Part shown: piece after piece, positions 28,099-38,029 of the stretch | Layout: the number at the start of each line of letters is the position of its first letter | Numbering within the stretch: the first letter of the stretch is position 1 | Assembly (NCBI GenBank): GCA_964435165.1 | Contig: CAYSXY010000004.1 | Coordinates: 14,686 to 78,685, forward strand | Source: an uncultured Rickettsiales bacterium | GTDB taxonomy: Bacteria > Pseudomonadota > Alphaproteobacteria > Rickettsiales > RI-342 | Reading direction: 5' to 3' | Length of the DNA stretch: 64,000 nucleotides | Translations under genes and position numbers: made by a program | Notes under the pieces: model-generated | What the model was told of the DNA's origin: nothing | Databases searched by the model: none | Seen by the model: the letters and a program-made list of their open reading frames with translations, nothing else

Positions 28099-28305
28099 AT
28101 CTTATCTTTCGCATTTCAATGGATTGAAATGCTATGTGCGTTCAGGCGCCACGCATGCTGCGCTCCCCCTTGGTCGCTAGTCGTCACTTCGTTCCTCCAC
28201 ATTGCCTAACCTTTGGACAGATTGCCTGTTGGATACAAAGCATACTCTATCCCGCGCACTCGTTTTGTCTATGGTAAAATGGGTGGAGGTAAAATGGGTA
28301 AGGAT

Positions 28306-28641
28306 TTACGACTCTCCGGTGAGCATATTCTCATGGTCGAAGCCGTATTCATCTTTCATCTGCTGCTTCACCTCGTCCGATGGTGTGCCGCGCCCGGTTT
28401 TGAGTACCTTGGCGATGCGCCCCATCTCCTCCAGTGAGGCGCCACTCGGCTTCTCCATCAGGGTTTTATAGCGTTCCAGATCGCCGCCATTGACGGCAAT
28501 GTAGGCATAGCACGGGCCGCCATTCTCATCCTCGCCTTCCTGAAAAAAGACGAAGGTCATGGCTTCCAGCAATGTCTGATCGTCAGGGATATTTTCGGTC
28601 ACAGGCAACTCAATACTATACGAACATACCCTCACAGGCAT
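28306..28641 (-). CDS. Hypothetical 111-aa protein
   Basis: ORF only; no recognisable motif. It lies 66 nt downstream of the 307-aa ORF on the same strand. Confidence 0.4.
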   Translation of the reverse strand: MPVRVCSYSIELPVTENIPDDQTLLEAMTFVFFQEGEDENGGPCYAYIAVNGGDLERYKTLMEKPSGASLEEMGRIAKVLKTGRGTPSDEVKQQMKDEYGFDHENMLTGES

Positions 28642-28707
28642 GGCATTACCGTACCGTTATACCAGAAAATAATGATGAATCATTAAGATCGTTGGATGAA
28701 AAACCTG

Positions 28708-29631
28708 TTAGCTCGGCGATTGATCTGCCGCATCTTTGAACAACATATTGTGTAACGTGTTTTGCGCTAGTTCAATGATGCCGAGCTTTTGATCTGGATC
28801 AGCAATTTTTTCACGCATCTGGTCGGTCATCAGCATATCTTCCACCCGTTCTCTACCGCCTTCGCTGAATGACATGTATGTCACCGTGGCACTGAGTGCT
28901 GCCAAGGCAACATTGACCGCGCGGCCAAACAATCCTTTTGATTCTTCACCTTCACCACCCGGGCTAAACGCCGCCCAGAGGTTTCCAAGAGTGTTGAGTG
29001 CGCCCACAGCGCCGACACCACGGAACACCCATTTGCGGGCTTCGTGTTCTTGAGGTTCTTGTACCCTGCCTTCGTCTTCGATGGAAACTCGATAATTATC
29101 CCATGCATAAATTGCGTCTATGGCCTCATCTCTGCTTGCGACCGTTTCCCACTTAACGCTATCCAGCTCTAGCCTCGGAACACCATTAGAGTCAACCTCA
29201 ATAGGGACTTCCTCCTCATCTGAGGTACGGACACGCTGTAGTTGCCCTGCCTTTATCCGGTATAAAAGGCTTTCTGGCCCCATAAATGCCTGACCTTCCT
29301 GCAATCCATAAGCATCTAAAAAATCCCGAGATATATCTTCAACATTCAACTCTGGCGCTTCTGATATTGTAACAGTTTTCTTATTGTCACCGTTAATGGC
29401 ATCTTGAACGTCAGTGATTGCAATAGGAGCATCCTCAATGTCTTCAAACTTCACCCAGCTAGGCTCTACAACCGTCAAACTATGAAATGCTGTATTATCA
29501 GTAGAATATACGTAACTATGCTCACCATCACGGCTTGTCATAAGCACTTCGATTTCACCAGCATCATTCTTGCGGGCGATGATTTCCTGCTCTGGCAAAA
29601 TATAAGCTTGATTTGTTATTGGTTCAGCCAT
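28708..29631 (-). CDS. Hypothetical 307-aa protein with an acidic N-terminal part and C-terminal Gly/Ala-rich hydrophobic helices
   Basis: Long ORF whose GC content looks lower than its neighbours. C-terminus has GVGAVGALNTLGNLWAAF and AVNVALAALSATVTYMSF. No recognisable family. Confidence 0.5.
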   Translation of the reverse strand: MAEPITNQAYILPEQEIIARKNDAGEIEVLMTSRDGEHSYVYSTDNTAFHSLTVVEPSWVKFEDIEDAPIAITDVQDAINGDNKKTVTISEAPELNVEDISRDFLDAYGLQEGQAFMGPESLLYRIKAGQLQRVRTSDEEEVPIEVDSNGVPRLELDSVKWETVASRDEAIDAIYAWDNYRVSIEDEGRVQEPQEHEARKWVFRGVGAVGALNTLGNLWAAFSPGGEGEESKGLFGRAVNVALAALSATVTYMSFSEGGRERVEDMLMTDQMREKIADPDQKLGIIELAQNTLHNMLFKDAADQSPS

Positions 29632-29730
29632 GGAACTTCCCTTATTTCTAATGGTACGAATATACGTTAACCTATTTTTATGACAGAATCATGACAAAAG
29701 CGCGGATAAGGGGCAGAAAATCGTGATTTT

Positions 29731-30107
29731 TCATGGATTCTTCGGCTACGCAGCCACGCTTCTCGCCCAGGATGACGATATTGACGTCAGCTCTATCATT
29801 CCCTCCCCCGCAGGCGGGGGAGGGTCAGGGCGGGGGAATTATAGAGAAAAAGATGACCTGATTATTCTTCCCCCCTTCCCAACCTCCCCCCGCAAGCGGG
29901 GGGGGAATGGCATGGTGTCATGCTCCCGGCCTGTCATTGTGATTACAGTCTGGATTCGTCGGCTAAACCGGCGAATGACAACAATCTTTTTCACGCGTCA
30001 TCCTGAGCGGAGCGGCGATAGCCGTGTAGTCGAAGGATCTATTGCTTATCTGGCTTTTGCCACAAGGCGCCATGGATGTTTCGACTCGCGATGCTCGCGG
30101 GGCATGA
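29731..30107. repeat. Composite cluster 1 of dispersed intergenic repeats (REP/MITE-like)
   Basis: It contains:
- GC palindromes ccctcccccgcaggcgggggaggg (29801-29824) and ctccccccgcaagcgggggg (about 29884-29905).
- ggattcgtcggctaaaccggcgaatgacaa (29951-29980), 28/30 identical to 42028-42057.
- A palindromic element of about 112 nt at 29996-30107, homologous to 39423-39540. Confidence 0.85.
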
Positions 30108-30228
30108 CGTATTGTTCTCATGCACAGTAATGACAAATTTATTGGCCTCGCGCACAAGTAAAGTTGGCACAATCATTGCATCGCTTATTTCAGCATACAG
30201 ATGAGAAAAAACGACGTAAGGATGTGTC

Positions 30229-30633
30229 ATGGATTATGGCAATCTACAAATCATGGCGATGATGAAGGCGAAGATGGCCTATCACAGCAAGCGCCAGGAC
30301 GTGCTGGCACAAAATGTCGCCAACACGGACACGCCGGGTTATCGGCCAAAAGATTTGCCGCCGCTGACCTTCGACGACATGCTGGGCAAACAAAAACGCC
30401 TGAAAATGGTGCAAACCTCGCCGGAACATCTGGGTGGGGCACATACGCAAATCGCCGCCTTTTCGCCAGAAGTGATGCAGCAATATTATGAGAAAAAGCC
30501 GGTGAACAATGCCGTCACCGCCGAGCAGCAGATGATGATGATGAATGAAAATGCGTTGGAACTGCAAACCACCACACAACTTTATAATAAAACCGCCGGG
30601 CTGTTCCGCACCGCTATTGGCAACCGGCAATAA
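30229..30633 (+). CDS. flgB: Flagellar basal-body rod protein FlgB
   Basis: LAQNVANTDTPGYRPKDL rod N-terminal motif. It is the first gene of a flgB-flgC-fliE series. Confidence 0.88.
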   Translation: MDYGNLQIMAMMKAKMAYHSKRQDVLAQNVANTDTPGYRPKDLPPLTFDDMLGKQKRLKMVQTSPEHLGGAHTQIAAFSPEVMQQYYEKKPVNNAVTAEQQMMMMNENALELQTTTQLYNKTAGLFRTAIGNRQ

Positions 30634-30658
30634 GAGCAATTGATAAGGGGATAGCATT

Positions 30659-31072
30659 ATGGCTTCTGATCTGGTCAACTCACTGTTCATTGCCTCCGCC
30701 GGGATGGGAGCGCAATCGGAGCGGCTGAAAATCATCGCACAGAACATCGCCAATGCCGATAATGTGCCGCAATATCCTGAGGATCAGCCGTATCGACGCA
30801 AAGTGATTTCGTTCCGCAATGTGATGGATGAGCAACTAGGTGTGCCGACGGTTCAGGTCTATAAAATCGGCACGGATAAAGCACCTTATCGTTTGAAATA
30901 TGACCCGTTTCACCCTGCGGCTAATGTGCAGGGCTATGTGCAGTTGCCCAATGTCAATACCACGGTGGAAATGGCCGATATGCGTGAGGCGCAGCGCACC
31001 TATGAAGCCAATGTGAAAACGGTGGAGATCACCAAGTCGATGATTCAGAATACGTTAAGCCTGCTGCGGTAA
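30659..31072 (+). CDS. flgC: Flagellar basal-body rod protein FlgC
   Basis: ASAGMGAQSERLKIIAQNIANADN and C-terminal MREAQRTYEANVK. Confidence 0.92.
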   Translation: MASDLVNSLFIASAGMGAQSERLKIIAQNIANADNVPQYPEDQPYRRKVISFRNVMDEQLGVPTVQVYKIGTDKAPYRLKYDPFHPAANVQGYVQLPNVNTTVEMADMREAQRTYEANVKTVEITKSMIQNTLSLLR

Positions 31073-31102
31073 GATAGGGTTTAGTGGGAAGGAGGCATCA
31101 TC

Positions 31103-31513
31103 ATGGCCGATAACGTCTACAGCACTGCCATCCGCGCCTATGGTCAGGCAGCGCAGATGAACCGCAAAGGCGGCACACCAAACGAAGATAGCGTGACGAC
31201 AGGCCAGCAGGCGCGCATCAGCACGCCGCAAGGCCCGTCATTTGAAAGCCGGCTGGAGATGAGTCAGCCGTCAGAGGCGCCGATTACTACCGGTAAACCA
31301 AGCTTTCCTGAATTGCTTGATCATGCCGTTAACCGGGCACTTGATGTGAATTATAAGGGTGAAGAAACCAGCATCAACACGCTGGCCAAGCGCGCCGAAC
31401 TGCATGAAATGGTCACCGCCGTCAGCAATGCCGAGCTAACCCTCAACACCGTGGTTGCTGTACGCGACCGGGTGATTTCAGCCTATCAGGACATTATCAA
31501 AATGCCTATTTAA
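31103..31513 (+). CDS. fliE: Flagellar hook-basal body complex protein FliE (long N-terminus)
   Basis: C-terminal AVSNAELTLNTVVAVRDRVISAYQDIIKMPI is the FliE signature. Its position after flgC fits. Confidence 0.8.
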   Translation: MADNVYSTAIRAYGQAAQMNRKGGTPNEDSVTTGQQARISTPQGPSFESRLEMSQPSEAPITTGKPSFPELLDHAVNRALDVNYKGEETSINTLAKRAELHEMVTAVSNAELTLNTVVAVRDRVISAYQDIIKMPI

Positions 31514-31550
31514 TCATTGCCTTACGCGGCTTTTTTTATACAGTAGCCTT

Positions 31551-31817
31551 ATGAATACGTTAGAGATTATCGAGATTGGCCGCGAGGGCATTTACGTCCT
31601 TCTGAAGATGAGTCTGCCATTGATGTTGGTGGCGATGGGGGTGGGACTTGCCATCTCACTTTTTCAGGCCTTGACGCAAATTCAGGAAATGACGCTGGCC
31701 TTTGTGCCGAAAATTATCGCCGTCTTTTTCTCCATGCTTATTCTCATGCCTTATCTGGCTGAAGAAATGACTGTGTTTCATGAAAGTATGACTAAGCGCA
31801 TTGCCAATATTGAGTAA
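31551..31817 (+). CDS. fliQ: Flagellar export apparatus protein FliQ
   Basis: 88 aa with two TM helices and the conserved ISLFQALTQIQEMTLAFVPKI. Confidence 0.92.
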   Translation: MNTLEIIEIGREGIYVLLKMSLPLMLVAMGVGLAISLFQALTQIQEMTLAFVPKIIAVFFSMLILMPYLAEEMTVFHESMTKRIANIE

Positions 31818-31852
31818 ATCGATCATGCTTAGCTGCGCATAATAAGCGTCGC

Positions 31853-32629
31853 GTGATGATTTACAGCCCTATCGAAATTTTTCTGGTTCGCGAAATTTTC
31901 GCCATCCTGCTCGTCTTCTGCCGAGTGGGGACAGCGATCATGTTGATTCCCGGCATTGGCGACACGTTTGTACCCATGCGTATTCGGTTGATTCTGGCCA
32001 TAATGATCAGCTATGTGCTGGCGCAGACGATTCACGATCTGCTGCCGCCGCCCCCAGGCGATGCGCTCACCTTGTTTTTATTGCTAGGAACGGAAATTCT
32101 GTTTGGGGTGTTTATGGGAACCATCACGCGCATCCTGATCTCCACCATGCACACGGCAGGCATGGTCATGGCATCGCAATCCAGCCTGGCGGCCGCGATG
32201 CTATTTGACCCGGCCCAGGGCGGGCAAAGCTCCACGATCGGTATTTTTCTCACCATCATGGCGATTACGATCATGTTCAGCCTTGATCTGCACTATCTGA
32301 TGCTTAGTGCATTTGTTGATAGCTATGGTCTGCTGCCTGCCGGCGATGCGCCAATTACGCATGATATGGCCGTGTATATTGCTCATATTGTGATGCGCTC
32401 TTTTGTCATTGGCTTCCAATTAGGTGCACCGGTTGTAGCAATGTCGCTACTTATTTATCTCGGCTCTGGTGTGCTCTCGCGCCTGATGCCTCAAATGCAG
32501 GTGTTTTTTGTCATCATCCCGGCACAGATTATGCTTAGTTTCTTTGTTATTATGGTCGTATTAACGGCTGTGATGCTACGCTATACTCAATATGTGGAAG
32601 AGGTGATGGGGAATTTCCTCACCCCTTAA
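31853..32629 (+). CDS. fliR: Flagellar export apparatus protein FliR
   Basis: 258-aa polytopic membrane protein between fliQ and flhB. Confidence 0.85.
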   Translation: MMIYSPIEIFLVREIFAILLVFCRVGTAIMLIPGIGDTFVPMRIRLILAIMISYVLAQTIHDLLPPPPGDALTLFLLLGTEILFGVFMGTITRILISTMHTAGMVMASQSSLAAAMLFDPAQGGQSSTIGIFLTIMAITIMFSLDLHYLMLSAFVDSYGLLPAGDAPITHDMAVYIAHIVMRSFVIGFQLGAPVVAMSLLIYLGSGVLSRLMPQMQVFFVIIPAQIMLSFFVIMVVLTAVMLRYTQYVEEVMGNFLTP

Positions 32630-32650
32630 GAGAGAAAGAGGCCGCACCCG

Positions 32651-33775
32651 ATGGCTGATGGTGGCCAGGACGAATCACAAAAAACCGAAGAACCGACGCA
32701 TAAACGGCTGCAGGATGCGCTGAAACGGGGTCAGGTGGTCAACTCGCGTGAAGTGACCAGCTTTTTGATGCTGCTGGTGCTCACCGCCACGCTGGCATGG
32801 ATTCTCCCTTATGCCATGGGCCTGACCCATGAATGGTTTGGCCGCTTTATTACCACCCCGCATGATTTCACTCTTGATGTCGGCAATCTGCATCAACTAA
32901 TGGCTGATATATTCTTAGATATGCTGCTGATTTTTTTGTTGATTGTCAGCGCAGGCTTTATTGCGGCGCTGGTCGGCAGTTTTATCCAGCACGGGCTGGT
33001 GATTTCCGGTGAGCCGATGAAGCCGAAAGCGGAGAAAATCTCTCCTCTTAAGGGCCTGAAGCGCATGTTTTCACTCAAATCCGTGATGGAATTTGTCAAA
33101 GGTGTCTTCAAAATCACGATCATCGGCACCGTTGCCTATATCGCGGCTGCGCCTTATCTGGGATTTCTCAAGCAACTTCCCAATTATGATATTGCCGATT
33201 TGATGGTCTATCTCGACCATGTGGCGCTGCGCATGATGATTGGCGTGTGCATTGTCATGGCCTTTATCGCCGGGCTGGACTACCTCTATCAGCGCTATGA
33301 ATATCTCAAAAGCCTGCGCATGTCACATCAGGAAATAAAGGACGAATTCAAACAGATGGAGGGTGACCCTCAAGTCAAGGCGAAGATTCGTCAAATTCGG
33401 ATGGAACGGGCACAGAACCGGATGATGGCTAATGTGCCCGAAGCGGATGTCGTCATTACCAACCCGACGCATTATGCGGTTGCCCTTGCCTATCAAACCG
33501 GTGCGATGGGTGCGCCAAAAGTGGTTGCCAAAGGGCAAGATCATATCGCTATGGTCATCCGCGAGATTGCCACCGAGCATGACATACCGATCGTCGAGAA
33601 CCCACCCCTGGCCCGCGGCATTTTCAATGCCGTCGAGTTAGAGGATGAAATCCCCACCGCCTATTATCAGGCAGTGGCGGAAATTATCAGCTATGTCTAT
33701 CGCCTGAAGGGCAAATTGCCGGGCCCGGCAGGCACACCGCCGCCGGTGACGGATTTGCCAGAACTTGATGGGTAA
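32651..33775 (+). CDS. flhB: Flagellar export switch protein FlhB
   Basis: SQKTEEPTHKRLQDALKRGQV N-terminus, NPTH autocleavage site (VVITNPTHYAVAL) and PPLARGIF. Confidence 0.95.
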   Translation: MADGGQDESQKTEEPTHKRLQDALKRGQVVNSREVTSFLMLLVLTATLAWILPYAMGLTHEWFGRFITTPHDFTLDVGNLHQLMADIFLDMLLIFLLIVSAGFIAALVGSFIQHGLVISGEPMKPKAEKISPLKGLKRMFSLKSVMEFVKGVFKITIIGTVAYIAAAPYLGFLKQLPNYDIADLMVYLDHVALRMMIGVCIVMAFIAGLDYLYQRYEYLKSLRMSHQEIKDEFKQMEGDPQVKAKIRQIRMERAQNRMMANVPEADVVITNPTHYAVALAYQTGAMGAPKVVAKGQDHIAMVIREIATEHDIPIVENPPLARGIFNAVELEDEIPTAYYQAVAEIISYVYRLKGKLPGPAGTPPPVTDLPELDG

Positions 33776-33969
33776 AGATGGCGCCACCTTGATGCCCGCC
33801 CGTTTTGGTAAATCTTTTTTTACATATCCCCCGTAAGAGCATAGATGGGGTGATCTGCCATCACCTCACACAGTGTGTTACTCTATGACAAACGGGGCTC
33901 ATCCTGCATGGCGTTTTTCTCGACTGACTTCACCAGTATCACTCTTCGCTTGAGAAGGAGCATTCTCCT

Positions 33970-36579
33970 ATGATTATGCGCCGTTATCTGGACATTAGTG
34001 AAGTCGACACCAATGATTTCAAGGTGCGACAGCATAAACCGCTGCTATCAGTCGTACTTGGTGCATATTTGCTGGCATTTGTGATTATTATCGGCACCGC
34101 ATCGATCAGCAACGAGATTGGCGGCATGCCTGTCTTCACCATCGTCACGCTGGTAATGCTCGGCTTTTCTGCCTGGGTCACCTATTTCAATACGCAGCGA
34201 AGTCGCGACCTGGTGACAGCCACGGAATTTCAAAACGCACTCTTTTCATCCATTGCCCACTTGCACAGCAGTTTTATTGTGATTGTGCGTAATACGGGCG
34301 GGATCATGTATTACAGCAGTAATTACCCGGCCATGTTCAGCGGCACACGTCGCCGTGGATTGACCACCATCGATGCAATTTTTGAGACAGACGGCATCAG
34401 TGCCGAAGATGCCGCACGTATTCGCAGCGCACTGGCAGACGGCAAACCGGAACAGTTGATTTGTGAAGTCAAAGATGTGGATGGCAACAGCCAGCCCATT
34501 CGTCTGACCATTCAGCCTATTCCCCGCCCCTCCGGGTTTTTTGTGATTAGCGGCTCCCCATTACGGCGGCGTGTCAGTGACAATGCGCCCAGCCAGGGGC
34601 GCGACGGTCGCGGCGGCGAAAGCGGTTTTTTCCGCGATGGTCTTAATGCCGTCCCTATTGGTAGCTGCCTATTCGATAAGGACGGAGATCCTTCCTATAT
34701 CCACCCGGATATCGAACTATGGCTTGGCTATCAACGCTATGAAATTCAACGCCAGCATTTGACACTGGATGCGCTGATATCCGATGAAACCCCGGGCGAT
34801 CTGAAATCAACATTCCTGACAGATAAACTGTTTGATGGTCATGTGTATTTTGCCCATAAATCCGGGCGCTCGCTGCGTGCGACAGTGACCAAGCGGGCTG
34901 TTGTTGACGAGAAAGCGGATTTCAACGGCACGATTTTAATCGTTCAACCATTCGATCAATCCTTTGCCCACCTCTCCAGCTTTAGTGCCAGTACCGGCGG
35001 TGCTTATGCTGGCACGCCCCCCAACCAGGAATCCATCGATGATGCGTCGACAACCGGCCTCAGCCGTGTGATGCAGGAAGCTCCCATCGGTATTGTGGTC
35101 ATCGACAAGGACGGAAACATTATTCAGAATAATCGCTTTTTCAACCAGATGGTAGAATCCGTCACCGCTAACCCGCGCAATCTGATGCGGTTGATTAAAA
35201 ACGACTTTCATGACGATCTCAAACGCCGGATTCAGTCATGTATGACGCAGGGTTTTTCCGAAGACGAGCCGCTTTCGGTTGAAATTGCGACCTCCGATCA
35301 TATGGCCGCCTCGATTTACGTGACCTGTCATAACCAGGCAGAGGGTCATGTCGCCGCTTATCTCATCGAAACGACCGAACAAAAGTCGTTGGAAATGAAA
35401 TATGCACATTCACAGAAAATGCAGGCTGTGGGCCAGCTTGCCGGAGGCATCGCGCATGATTTCAATAATTTGCTGACCGCAATGATCGGGTTTTGCGATT
35501 TGCTGCTGATGCGTCATCCGGCTGGCGATCAATCCTTCGCCGATATTATGCAAATCAAGCAGAATGCCAACCGCGCCGCCAACCTTGTGCGGCAGTTGCT
35601 GGCCTTCTCGCGCCGTCAGACCCTGCAACCAACGCTACTCGATATCACCGATGTGCTGGCTGAATTGTCGAATCTCATCCGTCGCCTGATTGGAGAGAAT
35701 ATCGAACTCAACATGGTGCATGGGCGTGATTTAGGCATGATCAAGGTGGATCAGGGTCAGCTTGAGCAGGTGATTATCAACCTGGCCGTTAATGCGCGTG
35801 ATGCCATGGCTGATGGCGGTGAATTGACGATTCGCTCGGCAAATATTGTTGTCAATAATCAGCATCCTTTAGATGCTGCCCTTATTTCACCCGGTGACGA
35901 TGACCCGGTCGCGGCCGGGGATTATGTGATGGTCGAAGTGATCGATAATGGCTGCGGTATCGCCCGTGAGAATGTCAGCAAGATTTTTGAGCCATTTTTC
36001 TCGACCAAGGAAGTTGGCTCCGGCACCGGCCTTGGCCTGGCGACCGTCTATGGGATTATCAAGCAAACCGGCGGATATATTCTCGTCGACAGCAAAGAAA
36101 ATGAGGGGACACGCTTTGTGTTGCTCTTCACCTTGCACCAGCCAAGTGAAAGCCAGCAAAAAGAGGCCACGCAAATTCAGGGCGAACCGCCTGCCTCCAA
36201 AGACTTGACCGGACGCGGCACTATCTTACTGGTGGAAGATGAAACGCCGGTGCGTTCTTTCAGTGCCCGGGCGCTACGTAATAAAGGCTACACCGTTATT
36301 GAAGCTGACTGCGCCGAAGCTGCCCTGGAGCTTATGGAGACACAGGGCAGTGAGATTGAGGTGATTATCAGCGATGTGATTATGCCCGGTATGGACGGGC
36401 CAAGCATGGTGCAACAAATCTGGGAGAGCCGCCCGGATATCAAGGTGATTTTTATCTCCGGCTATGCCGAAGATGCGCTGGTGAAAATGGAAAACAGCAC
36501 CCGCCCCTATGACTTTTTGCCGAAGCCATTTACGCTCAAGCAACTGGCGCAGAAGGTGAAAGAGGTAGTGAGTAAATAG
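33970..36579 (+). CDS. cckA: Hybrid sensor histidine kinase/response regulator, CckA-like
   Basis: Two N-terminal TM helices and PAS-like regions. H-box [22 protein letters not shown], HATPase DNGCGI...[22 protein letters not shown] and C-terminal REC (ILLVEDE...[12 protein letters not shown]...LPKPF). There is close recalled similarity to Caulobacter CckA around the DHp/CA domains. Confidence 0.7.
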   Translation: MIMRRYLDISEVDTNDFKVRQHKPLLSVVLGAYLLAFVIIIGTASISNEIGGMPVFTIVTLVMLGFSAWVTYFNTQRSRDLVTATEFQNALFSSIAHLHSSFIVIVRNTGGIMYYSSNYPAMFSGTRRRGLTTIDAIFETDGISAEDAARIRSALADGKPEQLICEVKDVDGNSQPIRLTIQPIPRPSGFFVISGSPLRRRVSDNAPSQGRDGRGGESGFFRDGLNAVPIGSCLFDKDGDPSYIHPDIELWLGYQRYEIQRQHLTLDALISDETPGDLKSTFLTDKLFDGHVYFAHKSGRSLRATVTKRAVVDEKADFNGTILIVQPFDQSFAHLSSFSASTGGAYAGTPPNQESIDDASTTGLSRVMQEAPIGIVVIDKDGNIIQNNRFFNQMVESVTANPRNLMRLIKNDFHDDLKRRIQSCMTQGFSEDEPLSVEIATSDHMAASIYVTCHNQAEGHVAAYLIETTEQKSLEMKYAHSQKMQAVGQLAGGIAHDFNNLLTAMIGFCDLLLMRHPAGDQSFADIMQIKQNANRAANLVRQLLAFSRRQTLQPTLLDITDVLAELSNLIRRLIGENIELNMVHGRDLGMIKVDQGQLEQVIINLAVNARDAMADGGELTIRSANIVVNNQHPLDAALISPGDDDPVAAGDYVMVEVIDNGCGIARENVSKIFEPFFSTKEVGSGTGLGLATVYGIIKQTGGYILVDSKENEGTRFVLLFTLHQPSESQQKEATQIQGEPPASKDLTGRGTILLVEDETPVRSFSARALRNKGYTVIEADCAEAALELMETQGSEIEVIISDVIMPGMDGPSMVQQIWESRPDIKVIFISGYAEDALVKMENSTRPYDFLPKPFTLKQLAQKVKEVVSK

Positions 36580-36596
36580 GGTTATATGTATACCCA

Positions 36597-36868
36597 CGTG
36601 CTCGCCTACTGACTCGCACATGGGGTGAAGCTCAAGGCTGCTCGGAGTTGTTTATGTTCGCCTCCGATGATGCTTTGCATCCCCATGAGGCTAGCTCAGG
36701 GCTGCTGACCTCGTAGAAATTCATTCATTATGCCATCTGAATGAATGGATACATATCTTCTACGCCGCAATAAGCGGCGACGCGCTTGCCTTACGGATTC
36801 ATATCCACCAATCTATTTATATAAGTACATGCGCCAATTCCCGACTCGTGATGCTCGCGGTGCATGAC
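36597..36868. repeat. Composite cluster 2 of dispersed intergenic repeats
   Basis: cgtgctcgcctactgactcgcacatggggtgaagctcaaggctgctcgg (36597-36645) is homologous to 52165-52210. A second half-unit catgaggctagctcagggctgct is present. ttcccgactcgtgatgctcgcggtgcatgac (36838-36868) is a half copy of the element of about 112 nt. Confidence 0.8.
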
Positions 36869-36959
36869 AATCCATCGCATATCTCCACTTGCGAAGCGGG
36901 TGGAAGCGTGTAGGTTGTTTATATATATTTAACGTTCTTACTAGGGGATCAGGAACACC

Positions 36960-38021
36960 ATGGATAAGCAAAAAGCGCTGGAAACCGCACTCAGCCAGAT
37001 TGAACGCACCTTCGGCAAAGGCTCGGTGATGAAGCTTGGGCAGCAGCAGGCAATTGATGTTGACGTGGTTCCCACCGGCTCCATTGGGCTGGATATTGCG
37101 CTGGGCGTGGGCGGCTTGCCACGTGGTCGTATTATCGAGATTTTTGGGCCGGAAAGCTCCGGTAAAACCACCCTTACCCTGCATGCGGTTGCAGAGGCGC
37201 AGAAAAAGGGTGGCACCTGTGCCTTTGTTGATGCCGAGCATGCGCTGGACCCGGCCTATGCCGCCAAGCTGGGGGTGAACATTGATGATCTCATTATTTC
37301 CCAGCCTGATACGGGTGAGCAGGCGTTGGAAATTGCCGACACACTGGTGCGCTCCGGCGCCATCGACGTGGTGGTGATTGACTCCGTAGCCGCGCTGGTG
37401 CCCAAAGCCGAGTTGGAAGGTGATATGGGCGATGCACATGTGGGCCTGCAGGCCCGCCTGATGAGCCAGGCATTGCGCAAGCTCACCGCTTCGATCAACC
37501 GTTCCAAATGTATGGTGATTTTCATCAACCAGATTCGCATGAAAATCGGTGTGATGTTCGGTAGCCCGGAGACCACCACCGGTGGTAACGCGTTGAAATT
37601 CTACTCATCCGTGCGGATTGATATTCGCCGTATCGGTTCCATTAAAGATAAGGATGAGGTAGTCGGCAACCAGACGCGCTGTAAAATCGTGAAAAATAAG
37701 GTCGCTCCGCCATTTCGCACCGTCGAGTTTGACATTATGTATGGCGAAGGCATTTCCTATATGGGTGAGCTGATTGACCTGGGCGTCAAGGCCGGGATTG
37801 TTGAAAAATCCGGTTCATGGTTCTCGTACGACTCCACTCGCATTGGTCAGGGCCGTGAAAATGCCAAGCAATTCCTGCGCGACAATCCGGAGATGGCTGA
37901 TCAGATTTCCAATGCTATCCGCAAGGAAGCCGGGCTGCTGGGTGAAGCCTTGAAGGATCACAATATTGCGAATGACGGTGCAGACGCGCCAGAAGATGCA
38001 CTGGAAACCGAAGCTGCCTGA
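36960..38021 (+). CDS. recA: Recombinase RecA
   Basis: Walker [11 protein letters not shown], and L1/L2 loops and the overall sequence are unmistakable. Confidence 0.98.
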   Translation: MDKQKALETALSQIERTFGKGSVMKLGQQQAIDVDVVPTGSIGLDIALGVGGLPRGRIIEIFGPESSGKTTLTLHAVAEAQKKGGTCAFVDAEHALDPAYAAKLGVNIDDLIISQPDTGEQALEIADTLVRSGAIDVVVIDSVAALVPKAELEGDMGDAHVGLQARLMSQALRKLTASINRSKCMVIFINQIRMKIGVMFGSPETTTGGNALKFYSSVRIDIRRIGSIKDKDEVVGNQTRCKIVKNKVAPPFRTVEFDIMYGEGISYMGELIDLGVKAGIVEKSGSWFSYDSTRIGQGRENAKQFLRDNPEMADQISNAIRKEAGLLGEALKDHNIANDGADAPEDALETEAA

Positions 38022-38029
38022 TGTAAGGA

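Noticed and set aside
28100-28305. CsrB-like GGA-rich sRNA next to csrA on the + strand
   Set aside because: One hairpin presents AUGGAU at its tip on the + strand. However, I count only about five GGA triplets in about 200 nt, close to random expectation, and I see no promoter or terminator.
29731-30107. Possibility that the repeat clusters are CRISPR arrays
   Set aside because: There are no regularly spaced identical direct repeats with unique spacers. The units are heterogeneous, palindromic, in both orientations and dispersed, and no cas genes are present.
29723-30130. 135-aa + strand ORF
   Set aside because: It is made up entirely of read-through of the intergenic repeat cluster (GC palindromes and the palindromic element). 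Equivalent pseudo-ORFs arise wherever these repeats occur.
36869-36959. LexA/SOS box upstream of recA
   Set aside because: I looked for the alphaproteobacterial GTTC-N7-GTTC direct repeat and the CTGT-N8-ACAG type. I found only GTTC-N15-GAAC (about 36935-36957), which fits neither. A whole-genome motif search would be needed.
36813-37439. 208-aa - strand ORF (plus 36941-37216 and 37256-37579)
   Set aside because: These are antisense to recA and run into the repeat cluster. There are no motifs.
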